NCBI GenBank assembly: GCA_964016885.1
Contig: OZ024741.1
Coordinates: 156,674,001-156,738,000 of the forward strand
Source of the DNA: Eledone cirrhosa
Taxonomy: Eukaryota
Reading direction: 5' to 3'
DNA: 64,000 bases
Under the pieces are notes generated by a model. It made no database searches, was not told the DNA's origin, and was given only the letters and a program-made list of their open reading frames with translations. Of this stretch, positions 1 through 11,720 are shown one piece after another (the stretch's first letter is position 1; each line of letters opens with the position of its first letter). Both the position numbers and the translations under genes were made by a program.

Positions 1-19
1 CCAACAATTTGAAAGGGTG

Positions 20-190
20 GGAAAAGTCGATTAAATCGACCCAAGTTCATTACTGGTTCTTTATTTATTGAGCCCGTAAGGATGAAAGGCAAAGCTAAAC
101 TCGGCGGGATTTAAACTCAGAAGGTAAAGGATCATAACTCTATGCTACGAAGCATGTTTACCGACTCTCTACTGATTCTACCAATCCAAT
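20..190 (-). mobile_element. tRNA-derived SINE, diverged copy of the family at 17890
   Basis: Reverse complement matches the 17890/25036 copies (gattggtag...gagtt.aaatcccgcc...tttgcctttcatccttacggg...aataaa...ccagtaatg). Confidence 0.75.
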
Positions 191-212
191 GTCCTTATGG
201 TAATATATAATA

Positions 213-1223
213 CTAGCTGAATTACCCCTGCGTCGCCCGGGTTACTGCTGTTCTTATTCAGATTAGTAAACAATAAATATGAAGATATGTTTGATTTTTT
301 CATAGTTATTTCAAAATATCTATATTTTATTTTTAAAATATCAGAATTGTAATGATAATAGAATTTAGAAATGAAAATCTGTCAATCTTGAAGCACCTTA
401 GGGTAAACAATATTCATTGTGCAATTCATGTATGTGTAGATGTGTGTGTGTATTTAATAACGTACCTAATGAACGCGCAAACACACACACACACTCACGG
501 ACACATACATATTCATATATAAAATGTGACGTCCTATTGTTTTAATCCAAATGTAAATAAAAATGATCACACATACACTCACACACACATAAACTCTCAC
601 ACACACACACATACACTCTCACATACACTCACACACACACTCACACATATACTCACACATACACCCACACACTCTCACATACACTCACACACATATAGTA
701 AAACAGACACACACAGAAACACATTCACGCACACCTGTTTGTCATCACACATGTATCTATATGTGTAGATGTGTTTTTAATTGTCTGTCTGCACACTCAC
801 ATACAAAATGTGACATTGTCGTGATGGTGGTGGTGGTTTACAATAGTTGACTAAAGAAAATATCGTTATGTCAGTCAACACATATACACTCACACACATT
901 ATGTGTATGTATGTGCAGATGTGTGAGTGTTTAATTCTCTGAGGCCTAACATACATGACAAACACACACACACACTCATACACATACACACTCATATACA
1001 AAATGTGAGTCGTCGTCGTCGTGGTTTACTATAGTTGACTATAAAAATATTATTTTTAAAAAAATCTTATATTGTTTTAATCCAAATGAAAATAAAAATT
1101 ACATGTTGACACTACCGGGGTCTAATACTATTAACCTTGTAAAATTTGATTTGATTTTGTCCAGACGTTAGAAAATGCATAGGAACAGACAGACAGTGAG
1201 ACGAAGAATTTTATATAGAGAGA
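213..1223 (-). mobile_element. Non-autonomous Helitron
   Basis: On the - strand it starts A|TCTCTCTATATAAAA and ends with hairpin cccgggcgacgcagggg plus CAGCTAG|T. It sits between A and T with no TSD and contains internal (CA)n and short duplications. Confidence 0.75.
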
Positions 1224-1225
1224 TA

Positions 1226-1600
1226 TACACTATAGGAAAATTTTGTTTGTATGTATGTGTGTATGTGTGTATGTTTGTTTGAGTGTAACTGCGTATGTAT
1301 GTAGGTTTGTATGTATATGGGTATGTGTGTATATGTACATATGTGTATGTATGTATCTATGTATGTACTTACGTATGTATGCATGTGTGTGTCTGTGTCT
1401 GTATATCTATATATGTATGTATGCACTCATGTATGTGTGTAAATGTATATGTATTTATATGTATGTATATGTACATATGTTTATGCATGTGCATGTATGT
1501 ATGCACTCATGTATATGTGTGACTGTATAGATGTTTATATGTATGTAATGTACCTATGTGTGTGCGTGTGTATGTATATATGCACTCATGTATGTGCCCA
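1226..1600. repeat. Degenerate (TG/TA)n microsatellite
   Basis: Direct sequence; source of spurious CV/YI ORFs. Confidence 0.9.
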
Positions 1601-1699
1601 ACCAACCAAACTTATATGGTTATAAAAACGATGTATAATTATGGTACATAAATACAACTGTATATTGTGGTTGACTTATTAATATTTTTTTTTTAATCC

Positions 1700-2098
1700 T
1701 TATTTTATTTACCGCTTGCCTTCGTCTTAGGTACATAGCGTACTATGTAGGCGTTATAACAATGCGTATTTTTCGATTCGTTTTTTCTAGTCCAAGGGCT
1801 GAACTAAATAAAATATTATGAGTCCAAAATAAAGTCGGGAACATATTGCATGTTTGTTCCAAATTTGAAGGAAATCGGATGTAAAATGTAGAAGTTATTG
1901 ACAATAATGATATTTTGATTTGGGTTTTCTCTTATAGAGGGCGCAATAGAGAGAAATTTGAAAATGTAATGCATATATACGAAGGGCAGGAGCATAACGC
2001 ATGTTTGTGCCAAGTTTGAAGAAAATCGGTTGCAAGTTGTAGAAGTTATGCGGAAACAGACAGACACAGACACATTGTCTATTTTATAAAGATAGATA
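1700..2098 (-). mobile_element. Helitron/Helentron-like non-autonomous fragment
   Basis: The - strand starts atctatctttataaaa...tctgtctgt like the other Helitron 5' ends and has aaaatcgg repeats; no clear CTAG end. Confidence 0.4.
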
Positions 2099-2379
2099 GG
2101 ATTCCATATCATATAGAGAGCCTCTGATAGGTTAATATACATGGAAGTATATAGTGATACCAGTATAAAAATACTGTAGTATGTAAGATACTATAGCATA
2201 CAGACACGTGTAAGTTAGAGGTACATTTAGAGTATGTTTCACACAGTACAGTATGAAGAAACTGATATCATTTACACTAATTTACAGGTATCTGTATATA
2301 TCAACCTATAAGAAGCTGGCTACATGATATGGAATCCTATACAATAATTTTCACTTCAATCGTATTTATTCCAATAGAA

Positions 2380-2444
<65 letters not shown>

Positions 2445-2469
2445 GTGTGTGTGTGTGTATGTATGTATA

Positions 2470-2740
2470 TATAACGAAGGAGTTGCGGTAAGGAACCAGA
2501 TGCACCAGAGTAGTAGAGTAGTAGGGTAGTAGAGTGGGTAATAAGAAAATGTATGACCCCGACGGCAGAACTCAAGCCGTTTCGACGGCTATTTCTGGAC
2601 TAAATTAGAATTTTTTGTCTGGTAAATAAATAGCCTAAAATAATAGGCTATTTATTTACCAAAATAAAAATTCAAATTTAGTCCATAAATAGCTGTCGAA
2701 ACGGCTTGAGCTCTGCCGTCGGGGGTCATACTTTTTCCTA
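2470..2740 (-). mobile_element. PLE-type fold-back insertion (family C): 3' tail plus inverted arms
   Basis: Imperfect palindrome ~2545-2740 centred ~2640, with an unpaired 75-bp tail at 2470-2545. Flanked by (TA)n; second copy at 11475. Confidence 0.65.
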
Positions 2741-2743
2741 TGT

Positions 2744-2801
<58 letters not shown>

Positions 2802-2831
2802 ATGTACGTATATGTATATGTATATATATGA

Positions 2832-2865
<34 letters not shown>

Positions 2866-2869
<4 letters not shown>

Positions 2870-3464
2870 GGAAAAAATGAAACGAAATTTCATTTCCCAC
2901 TCTTAGTACGGCTGTTACTTAAATATAAGTATGTACACGTACATATATATATGTATACAGACGTACAGTAGTATGTATATATATATATACATACATGCAC
3001 ACATATATATATGTACGTATGGATTCACCGAACATTTATTATAATGCTCGGTGTGTTTGTAAACAAACATCCCGTATTAAGCCGTAGTGTCTAGCAACCA
3101 TCGTTGCTCGTTTGTTCAACACTGACAAAGGAACGATGTACTAGTTTCAAGCTTATTAGCTATCGTTAGTAACGTATACCTTCCTGCCAGATTGTTGAAC
3201 GTATATACTTACCTTATGCATATTAACAGCTGAGTAGCCCAATTTGCATATCGAGTGGGTTAATCGGCCGGGTGCACCGAAAACGATAAACGGAAAAAAT
3301 GAAACGAAATTTCCTTTCCCACTCTTAGTACGGCTGTTACTTAAATATAAGTATGTACACGTACATACATATATGTATACAGACGTACAGTAGTATGTAT
3401 ATATATAAACATACATGCACACATATATATATATGTACGTATGGACTCACCGAACATTTATTAT
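2866..3464 (-). mobile_element. Retrozyme/PLE-like 1.4-mer of a ~422-bp unit
   Basis: ~180-bp direct repeats at 2866-3043 and 3288-3464. Degenerate hammerhead CTAACGA-tagct/agctt-GAAACTAGTA at 3134-3174 (-). Both flanks are (TA)n. Confidence 0.55.
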
Positions 3465-3475
3465 ATATATATTAT

Positions 3476-3514
<39 letters not shown>

Positions 3515-4159
3515 ATATATCTTTAATATATCTTTAAGTGTACACGTGTACATCTCATTACTGCTATTACTGCTATGCTTATGTGAAAATACATAGCATA
3601 TTTCTTATTGTATTAACTTGTTTTCTCTATGTTCATACCAGAAGCCATATTGTATTTATTATTCGAACGATTCCATAGAAATTTCTATAAATTCAAAATT
3701 TGTTAATTTTCAATTTTTAGTTTGCTTCGGAAGAAAATATTTATGGTATTTCATGATGTATAGATATCATTAAAGGTATTTATATTTGAAGGAAATAATA
3801 TGACAGTTTCTACATGAGGTTTTTTTAAGAAAAAGGAAAATATGACTTACTAATATATTAAATTATTCGTTTTTTCTGGTTTCAATCTGCGGTCATGCTG
3901 GGGCACTGATTTGATTTACTCCATCATTGAACCCGATTCAATATATATAACATTATAAGACATTTCATTTACCATTGCATCACATCACAATTTCAAATAT
4001 TCGGCAGTAATAAAATTTACACCTACAGCCTTATTGTTTGCCAGGGGTTTTAGGCCTTTTTTTTTATATTTCATCTTCTGAAGTATTCTTCGTTGAAATG
4101 TTGACACCATCGGAAGTACTACTAACTGTATGTATTATTAAATATAATTTAGCAGACTG

Positions 4160-5060
4160 CAAAAATTCTTGCTGAGTGGGAATATGGAGCAATTCTGAAA
4201 CTCCCTAAGAAAGGCAGTCTACGCGACCGTCACAGCTAGATAGGTATCAGTTTTTTAGTAATAGCGAAAAAACTGCTGTTTCTGTGTTCTTAAAGTGTTT
4301 GGAGAAAGACACCGACCTTAAACTAGATGAACGGACAAGTTTCAGATATGGGAGGTTATGTAATGAACATTTTTTCCCTACGGAACATTATTGGACATTC
4401 ATTAGAATATCATAGCCCACTGATCAGCAATTTCATAGACTTCAAGTAGGTTTTAATAGTATATATCGACCCAGTCTATAGAAGATATTAAGGATATACC
4501 TTATCATACAAAAATACTTACAAGGTTTTTAAGAATTATACACGAATTCATGAAATTGCGTCAAGACTGAGTATCGTCCTGCAGATTACTTCGAGATCAA
4601 CTCAGGTGTAGAACAGGGAGTTATTACTTCATTCTTTGTGCTCATTGTAATAGACTACATTATAAGGAAGACAATGAACCAACTGCAACATGGAATTTCT
4701 TGTAAGGGAAAGAATTTAACAGTCTCAGATCTAGCGCTACTTGATATGAAATACAAACAAATGCAGTTGATGACTTTGAAGTATAACAGTGGAAAGGTTG
4801 GTCTGAGGATTAGTGTTGAGAAAACAAAACTTTAAAACTTGGGGACCATTCTGTTTAGAGGTGGTATATTTATACACTTGGGGTGAATACAATCCTATAA
4901 GTTAAACTAGTTCAGTTTTCAAACGACTCCAAAGAATCTGAGCATCGAATGTGATCAACTAACATATGAAACTCAGGCTATGCAACCCAATAATTATTTC
5001 CGTTGTGTTATGTGCGTGTGAGATCTAGAAATCGACTTCAAAGGAGATCATGTCGAAGTG
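4160..5060 (+). pseudogene. Decayed RTE-clade LINE reverse transcriptase
   Basis: Broken motifs LPKKGSL, FRYGRLC, FIDFK*, SGVEQG, IVIDYIIRK, DLALL, KVGLRISVEKTK. Confidence 0.75.
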
Positions 5061-5178
5061 TCTGTGTCTGTTTTGCTTGAGTACCATAAAACTCTTAGAG
5101 AAAGCATAGTACCTACTACCAAGTTATACTCGATTGCAAGTGACAGCTGCAGTTATTTTCATGTAGTATAATCATCAT

Positions 5179-5223
<45 letters not shown>

Positions 5224-5449
5224 ATATCTGATAGCACAGATGGTACGTGTGTATGGGAATATATGTATATATGCGTGTGTATATGTCGAGTGTATGTGTG
5301 TATGTTTGTGTGTGGGGGGGGGGGGGTATGTGTGTGTGTGTGTCAACATTCTCGTCTCCTAAAGCGGGAAACTTTCAGTTGCATCTTCATTTTCAAGAAC
5401 ACCAATAGGGAGAAGCTAGATATGTTTAGAGAGTAGAGATCCCACTATT

Positions 5450-6100
5450 GTATTAAACAAAACTTTATTTTAAACTGATTATATTTATCTAAAAACCTTC
5501 CATAATAATTTCATGTTAGAACTTGTATTATGTTCCCAACTTCAACTTAAAAAAGTGAAAGGTTGTTATATTACTAAATTCATCCATATTGTTGATTATT
5601 TTTTTTAATGTGCGTCGTCTTCCTTACAAATATAGCAATGACATGGTTAATCTAATAAAACGGTTACATGATTTTTGGAATTTATTATTACTGACAATTC
5701 TTGACTTCTCTGTCTTAATGGTTTTTTGATGAAAATTATCCACAACGAATAAGTAGGTTTCCTTCTGCTTGTTATTGTTGTTTGTTTCAATTCTTCTGGC
5801 GCCACTGAATACAGGCAAGCAGGGAAAAAGACATGCAATAAAAATTGAAATCGGAATCTTCCATATTAGCTGTAGAAAGAGACCAGGAATTAAATCAAGT
5901 TAACCACTTCAAATTATTCTGCCACAGTTGGAGTATTCTGTTATCTGGTAGAGAGATGCTACAATGAAGCCTTAACGTTTCTTTTTTTTTATTATTAAAA
6001 TCTTGTTATGAATAACATTTAGCATCAAATGTTGTTATAAAAACAACCTGCCATAATTAAAGAATTTCAGCTATTCTTTACGTTGATACAGAGTGAGTCA
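5450..6100 (-). pseudogene. Possible highly decayed piggyBac transposase
   Basis: Only weak motif echoes (FDAKCY resembles CDAKTYY; VSNNK..FIRLTM resembles VSY..VILLSTMH). Confidence 0.25.
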
Positions 6101-7544
6101 TAATTGGGCTTCTCCCTCGCAATCGTCTGGGGTGTCGCTTTCATAATTCTGTTCTCGCTGAGAGCATGAGGCAACATACATCTGGTGGTAGTGTTACAGT
6201 AGCTCTTTCAACACATAATCCCTCGTTATCTCTCGGGGTAAAACATTCACAAGTTTTCCACTGGTATCATAAGGCTACATCTATCTGATGTTTTGCAAAG
6301 GATATGATGTAGTAGCGTTATCAATGTTGTTCACTTTTACAGTTTCGTTTTAGGTAAAAGTAATAAAATATTAATGCTTTTAGCATTTAAATAGTAAACG
6401 TTTTCCTTTCTCTCAATAGTTTTTCTACATTTCAAACTTTGAAAATATATTATTAAAATGTTAAATGGTTAAGGTATTTACGCGACAATCTGCAGATTTC
6501 TGACTTCAATTGCTGATATTTTGAGGTTTTCTTTTCCATTAATCTTAGTGTTCGCTTCGCAATCATTATGTCTCAGGTTGATTCCATTAGACAGCATCTT
6601 AAAGAAGTGTCATTTACCTTACCTTTTTGTCGACCGAAACCGTGTGAGTGAAATTCGGTAGACAGAATTATTTGGAATCCCACCAGATGGATTGAACCTG
6701 TAAACTCAACGGGCCAGCTTCATCACACAATGTGTCACGCTGAATAACTTCGTTAAGAGTACAGGTATTTGTGGCCACATATTACAACGCCTCATATAAA
6801 CAATAACAATTTTCCATTTGTTGAGTTAGGTAGGTGGTTTGTTTGTTAGTTTTTGTTTTTGTGTTTTTTAATAGACGCAGCATGGTCGAATGGTTAAGAA
6901 TTTTCTCTCCTGTCTTCTGCTGTCTGTCTTCTTCAGTCTTTTCACCATTATAGTAGGCTGAGTCACTATATATAGAATCCATTTGAATTAGTTATTAGTT
7001 AATGGCCGTTATGCTATTTCATATATTATCAATTCAAAAAAGACAGGAAAGAACGCCTTTAGTACAGACACGATGCACATTTTTGCTTTTGTCTTTTTTT
7101 ATTTTATTTTTTCAGCCCCTGGCATTTAAATACGTTTAAGCAATAGAATTTTAAGCAATCAATTGACCAACACAAATTTGTATTCACTAGAAAAATCTTA
7201 GGAAGGGGAGCAAATTAATATATAAACTGACCTTTCTATCGAATAGAGATGTCATACTCTGTGTGTGCGTGTGTGTGTGTGTGTGATTTAATAAACTTTG
7301 GGAAATACTGGCTGTGATTGGCCCGTTTGGAACCAATAAAATAAGAAAGGAAATGAGCCGGTTGTCAGATCATACGAAGGAAACAATGTTTCCATTGGTC
7401 CTTTTCTTTCATTGCTGATACAATCTACCGGTTGCAACTCCTGGAAGGAGGCTGGCTTTCATAACAGTACGCACATAACCGAAACAAATACTGCAAAGTA
7501 TCACATTCGAAATTTTAACAATTCTAAAAATTTGCCACTCCTTG

Positions 7545-7680
7545 GACTGGAACTTTATTTATCGACTTTGAAAGGTTCAAAGGCAAAACTGACCTCGGCA
7601 AGATTTGAACATGGAACGTAGAGAGCAAGGTCAAATATCAAGGCGCTTAATCCAACACCCTAACGACTCTCCCAAATATC
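7545..7680 (-). mobile_element. Old SINE related to the 17890 family
   Basis: ggaactttatttatcgac...aaaggcaaa...cctcggcaagatttgaac matches the family's reverse complement. Confidence 0.55.
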
Positions 7681-7789
7681 AACGCTAATAACTGCAAATG
7701 CATGATCATGAAGCGCATTCACCGCTTGATAGGGCATGTAATCTGTATGGAGGAGTTCTGACTGCTGAGGATAGTACTTTATTTTTAGT

Positions 7790-8230
7790 TAATTCAGTGT
7801 TCTCGTCAATGTGGTTGTCCTACAAAAGCGTGGAAAGACCAATATGACGTGAAATGCATTTTCACAGCTTGTGGAGGGAGAAGGTATGGAACAGAGTTGC
7901 TTATGATAATGTACAAGAGTTCGAAAATGAACGTACAAGGGATCGATATTGAAGGGCAACCTGTCACCGTTGCCAAAATCTGTCACCCAGCAACAACAAT
8001 GTGGGGAGTTTTCAACCATATCCGGCTTTTTCCTGTATTTGCCCATCACATATTGTATATCTGTCGCATCCGTATGCTGATTGGTGTTGTGGTCGATATA
8101 AAAGAGCAATGTTATCTTCGAGTTGACATCCAGGTATACCAAGCCATAGATTTACATACAACAATTATGTGTATTCCATATATGTGTTACTATCAGAGAA
8201 ACACCTTGTTTGGCCCCCTAATACTCCACA
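7790..8230 (-). pseudogene. Decayed piggyBac-like transposase fragment
   Basis: Motifs across frames: YGIHIIVVCKSMAWYTW (resembles KYGIKIWVLCD..WY), KKPDMVE, and FIFELLYIIISNS (resembles IF..LLDI...NS). Confidence 0.4.
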
Positions 8231-8386
8231 ATACCTAATTCATCTCTCGCAGACTTATTTGAAAATGCAGGTGAGATAACACTAATATTGATGATAATAA
8301 AACCTCAGTACCACAAGTCAGCCAGAGAATACCTTCTCTATTTAAGCCTTTTAACATCTCAGGCCGGATTTTACCATACCCACCGG

Positions 8387-8430
<44 letters not shown>

Positions 8431-8432
<2 letters not shown>

Positions 8433-8659
8433 GTTATTCCGGGTTGAATCGGAGGTAACCACAGTAAGTAAGGTACTCAATACATAGCAGAGTATAACAG
8501 TTTTAATAACCAATGACCTGCACCCATCCCACTCCCCACCCTCTCCTACCACCTGTAGAGACCTATAAATACCATATTTATTTTTTGATACCCAGATTCC
8601 TGATGATTTCTAATGAATGAAACAGTTCTAGTCCTGTAGAATCTCATCTATATTAAAAC
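8431..8659. mobile_element. Mini insertion of Naiad family B: reversed tail plus inverted pLTR arm
   Basis: 8431-8507 matches 39141-39217 and 8508-8659 matches 44130-44277; sits in (TA)n. Confidence 0.85.
8594..8644 (+). ncRNA. Type I hammerhead ribozyme (family B)
   Basis: agattc-CTGATGA-t ttc taat gaa t-GAAA-cag ttctagtc ctg-TA-gaatct. Stem I is 6 bp, stem III is ACAG/CTGT, cleavage site GUA; stem II is weak. Confidence 0.75.
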
Positions 8660-8778
8660 TATATATATATATATATATTAGAAAATCTATGGCTTTCACC
8701 GTATTTTTAACTAATTTCTAATTTAACTAAATTCTAATTTCTAACTCGCTCACTGTTTCAAAACATACTTTCTTGCCA

Positions 8779-9114
<336 letters not shown>

Positions 9115-9116
<2 letters not shown>

Positions 9117-9684
9117 CAATATATAGAGGGGAAAACACAGAAGCGTGTGTTTTCCTTTACAGGAATTTCAAACCACCAGCGTGAAGAGAGTATAAGCTAA
9201 TAGAGGCATAGGAAAAACATTAAAATTAAAAGTTTTAATTAAAATGAGAAACCAACCTCATACCTAGATCACACATGTACAAACTCACCAGGAGCTTGTT
9301 TCCCCATTTTAGTGGGTTCTAATTCGGCCCTGTGGGTCATCAGCATGTGGAGAGACCGATATTGTCCCCACTACTAGAGAGAGAGAACTATAGTAAACCA
9401 CCGGTAGCACGTGTAAATATAAGGGAAATACGTGCGCGAGGCAGTAACCGGTGGTATGACAGAGGGAACGCAAGGAGCAAATATCAAGTAAAATAACGGA
9501 GCAAAGGACTCGCGTATAATCCTGTAATGAGCTCAAAGGAAAGAGTTTTCCTGGACACTTTAAAATACAATATATAGAGGGGAAATACACAGAAGTGTGT
9601 GTTTTTCATTACAGGAATTTCAAACTACCAGCGTGAAGAGAATATAAGCTAACAGAGGCATAGGAAAAACATTAAAATTAAAAG
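9115..9684 (-). mobile_element. Retrozyme/PLE-like 1.3-mer of a ~451-bp unit
   Basis: ~120-bp direct repeats at 9115 and 9566; CTGATGA-ccc aca ggg-ccGAA degenerate core at ~9322-9343 (-). Confidence 0.5.
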
Positions 9685-10136
9685 TATAAATTTCTATCTG
9701 TCTGTGTATCTGTGTATCTGGGTAATCTGTGTATAACAAGTTGGCGCTTCCACCAGTGATCCGATCCTGATGAAACTTTACACACATGCCAAGCTAATAT
9801 TTAGGAACAGCACTGGTTAATTGGATTTCAATAAAAATCAATGATTGAGCCCCTGGGGACACCAGAGAAGAAAATATAAGACGTTTCAGTGAGAGAGGGG
9901 AAGAGAAGATACTACTAGTGTATGTTAAACCCTCCCTTCCACTACTCCCCTTCCTCCTCCCACAACTCAGTCCTCCAAATCGAGGCAACAACTTATTAGA
10001 AATATACATAGAAATTCTAAAGAAAGCAGACTGAAGATCTCTCTCTCTGGAAGTTGGCTTACCCTGAGATTAGTCTGAAGCATGGTCGCTGACTAACTTC
10101 CTTATCCCAGATACAGGTATCAGCCAGCGGACACAT

Positions 10137-10409
10137 GTGGTATACCGGATTGAATGCAACAAATGTAAGCAGTTCTACATTGGTAGCACGACTCGAGCAC
10201 TCAACATTCGCATTAGAGAACACCTCAGCACACACGTATCATCATTCAAAAAACACATTGACAAATGTAGAAACATCAAACAACATATTACTATTACTAT
10301 TAAAGCCAGTCATAGAAATGTGGGCAACTTAAGTATTAAGGACGCCTTGCTCATATGTAGACTCAACCCGCAATTAAATAATAGATTAGAACTCAGGATA
10401 CAATACTAA
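10137..10409 (+). pseudogene. PLE GIY-YIG endonuclease, 5'-truncated
   Basis: VVYRIECNKCKQFYIGSTTR..IRIREH...HI...LLI...NPQLN. It is followed by a hammerhead-like motif and a tail ending at a microsatellite (~10700). Confidence 0.9.
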
Positions 10410-10570
10410 ACATCTCATACAAAAAGAAAATTGATTTCGTGAAATACTATATTAGCAATTGACGTGATTCACATGGAAAGAGAAGTAACCATCGAAAAAC
10501 GCTTGAAAACGACTTTTTTAATCAAAATCAAAATTTTATCCCAAAATTTTATACCAAAGAGGTTCCTTAA

Positions 10571-10607
10571 ACCTTGATGAAGGGGCTTTTAGGTCCCGAA
10601 ATATTGG
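10571..10607 (+). ncRNA. Minimal/degenerate hammerhead ribozyme
   Basis: cc-TTGATGA-aggggc tttta ggtccc-GAAA-TATT-gg, with a core C-to-T change; lies downstream of the GIY-YIG ORF as expected for a pLTR. Confidence 0.5.
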
Positions 10608-10699
10608 ACAGATAAAAGACCAAAAACAACAACAAAGCATAACAAAGATTACCAGGTAACTTTTACTTTTCGTTACCGCATCTTACAGTCTTTCAAAGT

Positions 10700-10735
<36 letters not shown>

Positions 10736-10790
10736 AACACACACACACACACATATGTATATATGTATATATACAAATTAAAATGAAGAA

Positions 10791-10905
10791 TTAGAAATAG
10801 GACTATCCATCATCAGTGATCTACTAGCCATCATAGGTATTTCTTTATGCGAAGAAATACCTAGGATGGATTGTAGATCACTGATGATGGATAGTCCTAT
10901 TTCTA
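10791..10905. repeat. ~115-bp palindrome, probable PLE fold-back
   Basis: ttagaaataggactatccatcatcagtgatctac ... gtagatcactgatgatggatagtcctatttctaa; related sequence at ~30785-30830. Confidence 0.75.
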
Positions 10906-10964
10906 AATCTTCATGTTAATTTGTATATCACATTTGCAACAACACATCACGCCATTTTTCATTC

Positions 10965-11032
<68 letters not shown>

Positions 11033-11355
11033 TGGTGGACTGGCCAGGTTGTCAGGTTGCCTACGGTAGCATTGCAAGAGCCCACAGCATTGCAGGGCTC
11101 ACTGTAGTATTTTAGGGGCCAATGCTTTGCTTTCAAAAAATACCTGAAATCTATGAAAGAATAAATTTAAAATATAAATAAATAAAACAATTAAGCAAAG
11201 GACTTGGTCAACCAATTCCCCAGCGAATTACTAGAAACCAAAATATATGATAGTCTAGGTAGCTGCAATCAGTGGTTGTACATTCTACTAAATCTAAAGC
11301 TTACTGTATTCATTCGTGCATGCAAACATACATATATAGACACAGACACACAACC

Positions 11356-11386
<31 letters not shown>

Positions 11387-11474
11387 CACTCCACCTTCAC
11401 CACATATATATACACACACACACACCATATATATACACACACACACACACTTACATATATACACACATATATAT

Positions 11475-11620
11475 ATAACGAAGGAGTTGTGGTAAGGAAC
11501 CAAATGGACCATAACGCACCAGAGTACTCAATACTTAGGGTAGTAGAGTGGGTAATAGGAAAAGGTTCAGAAATAGCCGTCGAAACGGCTTGAGCTCTGC
11601 CGTCGGGATCATACTTTTTC
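11475..11620. mobile_element. Second family C insertion (reversed tail plus inverted arm)
   Basis: Matches 2470-2550 followed directly by 2680-2740. Confidence 0.75.
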
Positions 11621-11622
11621 AT

Positions 11623-11693
<71 letters not shown>

Positions 11694-11720
11694 AGTGAGT
11701 GAGTGTGAAAGACCAAAGAC

